Origin: Ginglymostoma cirratum
Lineage: Eukaryota
Length of the DNA: 64,000 nucleotides
Assembly: GCA_024137785.1 (NCBI GenBank)
Contig: JAHRHZ010000102.1
Location: 132,901 to 196,900, forward strand
Direction of reading: 5' to 3'
Positions 61,013 to 64,000 of the stretch are shown in pieces. The notes under the pieces are model-generated. The model searched no databases, was not told the origin of the DNA, and worked only from the letters and a program-made list of their open reading frames with translations. A program made the position numbers and the translations under genes. Position 1 is the first letter of the stretch; each line of letters opens with the position of its first letter.

Positions 61013-62447
61013 TGTGCCTTCGGATGCTGTCTCCGACATGCTGATCCTTTTATCATTCACATCTGAAACGGCGTGTGGAATTACTGCCAGGCATGGAAAA
61101 AAACTGCACCTGATGTGTTTCAACTTCCCCAGTTTATTCTCATCTCAGATAAGAGGTTTTACTATTGAGTATACAGCAGATGACAGAGAACAGCAGAAGA
61201 CCTTCATAAGCATGTCACCTCCCCTGTGTAAACTTGGCCAGTGTATCAATATGAGATATTTATTTTGGACGCATGAAGCTGTGGGAAGCGGAAAACTGAT
61301 CAAAATACAGATTGCAGCACGGAACACCAGAGGCCTGTAACAAATAGCAGAGATTAGTTTCGAGTTTTCGATCGCCGGAGTATGGTTCTAGCACGTTCTC
61401 GCTGCGTCACTCTGTTGGTCTAGCATGTAGCTTTTTTCAACAAGTATTCAGCTTTTCATCTGCTGTGTGGCACGTACCTTACAGAATGATGTCAAAAGAT
61501 CTTCACTGTTGTTATGTAATATTCTGTTGCTTAGACATGTCGCGCTTGTGTAAATATTACCTTTGTCTAAGTTCCCACATTCTGTTGGTCGAGCTGTGAT
61601 TCCACGCAGAATCACAAAATTTGTCAAAACGTAGACGGAGGTCATGCAGCTTGCCTCAGCTGTGGGTGCGCCAGGTCTCCACAATAAGTACACGTGTGTC
61701 TGTTTTAATATCAGTCTCTTGCCTTCTCCCTGTAACTCTGCATATTGTGACTTTTAACAGAACCATCGAATTCCATTTTGTGTAGCATGAATATGCCTCT
61801 TTGTCGCAGTCAGACAGGGATTTACAGATCCACTTAGTCATTGCACAAAAACGTTCTTTGTCATGTATTCCTTACTTCTTTTCCCCATGACTTTAAACCT
61901 GTGCCTAATCGGTTTTGATCTTTGCAGGTGTGTGAGCATTTTCACCCCTTTATTTCCTCTGCTCACACCCGTCACAACTTGGAAAGCTTCAATCAGAACA
62001 GTTTTCCTTTCCCCAAGGAGAACTATCTCAACTTTCCAATCTATCTTTCTGGCTGACATTCTTAACACACATCACCATTCAAGCGAACCTGTTCAGCACT
62101 GTCTCCAATCACTTTCTGTCTCAGCTTCCTGAAACTTCACACAGACATAATTGAGCAATAACGCAGCAGCGAATTCATTCTGATGAATAGTCTTGGCCCA
62201 GAATGCCAACTCCTGTCCTCCTCTGATGCTGCCTGATCCGCTGTTTTGCTCCAGCTCCACACTGTCGCGATTCTGTCTCCAGCACCTGCAGTTCTTACAA
62301 TCTCCAGATTGCATGGCAAACATCGAGAAACACTCTTTTTCGCTTTGAACAAGTGTTTCTCTGCTCTGTGTTCACTGTAATGTGAGACCGGACTCATTTT
62401 TTGGAAAGCTGATCTGGTAGTTTAGTGAAAGCTGACATAGGAAATCT

Positions 62448-62537
62448 GGGCTCATCCGCGATTCGAACGCAGGATCTTTCGCACGTCAGCGGCATACAAG
62501 ACCCAAAACGAGAATCACTCCACTACTCCAACGAGCC
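62448..62537 (-). tRNA. tRNA-Pro(TGG)-derived gene with an 18 nt intron-like insertion at 37/38 (62484-62501); probably a pseudogene
   Basis: Minus strand ggctcgttggagtagtggagtgattctcgttt TGG g [tcttgtatgccgctgacg] tgcgaaagatcctgcgttcgaatcgcggatgagccc = 72 + 18 nt. Confidence 0.85.
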
Positions 62538-64000
62538 ATCTTGCTTGAAGCTGGCTTTCTTCTTCCCCGTGTACGATATATTCACTGCAAACACTCTCAG
62601 GGATATCAGATTGAGCTCGATCTCATTGAAATCAGATCGCATCATTTTGATGTGTTTTGATCTGCTTCCCGTAAGTCCTTGTACCCGAAATAAATATCTC
62701 ACATTGATACATGGACCAAGTTTACACAAGTGAGGTGACATGCGTCTGAAGGTCTGAATGGCCTTCTCCTGCTCTGTGTCGATCTGCGATGGTCTTATTT
62801 GTTAAAACTGTTCTATGAGATCGCAGGAATAAAGTGTTGAATTTGAAAAACATCAGTTGTAGTGTTTTACGAGCAAAGGACGCCCTACAGTAATTCCCCA
62901 TGTCGTTTCAGAAAGTAGCATCCTTGAGGTGAAATGAAAAGTTGTGAATGACAAGAGGATCGGAGACAGCATGAAGACACAGATACAGTTCAGCATTATT
63001 AGGACGGATATCACCGATTATGAATAACCACGGAGAGATACAATTGAAAGAGAATCGCCGTGGACTCGATGGGCTGAACAGCTTCTTTCTCCCCAAGAAT
63101 GACGCCATGGGATTATGACGTCACTCTCCCTGTCTCTGTGATGTCGAGATGCCGGTGAAAAGTGTCACTTCACCTGACGGAGGAACAGCGCTGTGAAAGA
63201 GTGTGATTTCACATAAACCTGTTGGACTATAACCTGGTTTCATGTTACTTCTGATTTGGTTCACTGCCTCTGTGACAGAGCAGGCGAGTGAGAAACAATG
63301 GCTCATTTTTAACCCTCCCTTCCGAGCTGAACTGTCTGCAGCTCCACAGCTCAGGAACTTTGGGGATGACTCTCAGTGAGTGAGTGTTTCACTTGGATTC
63401 TCTTAATCTGGGACTGTCGGTGTCAGATATTAACCTCTGCCCGGTCATAACAAAGAAACCGACGTCCGCGTTGCAAAAGACTTTCTGCAAGATTGCTGTG
63501 TGAAGTCGAATCCTGAAAACCACACAAGCTGCTCAGAAAGATCCCGTGTAAAGTTTCTAAAGGGAATAGTCTTCTGTTTCGATTTCTCTCTTTTCTAGCA
63601 GCTCTGCATCCGTCTTTCTGTCCCTGATTAATGTCATTTGATGAAAATTCCCAATCGTCGTTTATAATTTCCTGACGTCTGATTCTGCCTCTTCTGCTTC
63701 TTCACTCTTCCAGTGTTCAAGAAGGAGCTGCAAAACGTATACCATCCCCAGGCACTGCTTGCCCGTTGAGGGAAATGGTTTGATCCATCCACAATTGAAG
63801 ACTGCCCAGTGCTTGGGGAAAGGAGCAAATAGCAGCAGCCCGGGAGCAGGGACAGAGTGGGAAAAAGATGTACGTTGTTGCTTTCACTGCCCGAACTGAG
63901 ATTTTTTTTTAATGTAAGCAGCCTGTTCAAAGATGTTATTACATACCTCTGGAGCATATAGAACTTGAAACCGGTCTCCAATATCCAAAGATCACTGTAT

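Larger units (their letters stand above)
59880..64000. repeat. Large diverged inverted duplication (~59880-61400 vs ~62540-64000)
   Basis: For example 61215-61290 mirrors 62660-62745, 60470-60570 mirrors 63295-63400, and 60040-60140 mirrors 63715-63820. Confidence 0.8.

Overview
Vertebrate genomic DNA, almost certainly from a cartilaginous fish (shark). This is inferred from its CR1 LINEs, HE1/V-SINEs, Penelope-like elements (PLEs) and a GPR139/GPR142-like receptor. The first ~20 kb holds decayed CR1 LINE fragments, SINEs, one intact coding exon of a class A GPCR (14321-15228, +), a CT-rich tract and a ~3 kb 38-39 bp minisatellite. From ~20.3 kb to the end the window is a decayed tRNA gene cluster: about 30 tRNA-derived copies (Leu, Glu, Arg, Ser, Asn, Lys, Val, Thr, Ile, Pro) in duplicated, shuffled and inverted modules, none clearly intact. 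Three signals stand out: (1) tRNA-Pro copies with a shared intron-like insertion at the canonical 37/38 position; (2) short, partly palindromic PLE-derived inserts with 14-16 bp target-site duplications (TSDs) and minimal hammerhead ribozyme motifs; (3) a large inverted duplication at the right end. All calls were made by eye against remembered consensus sequences, and repeat boundaries are approximate.
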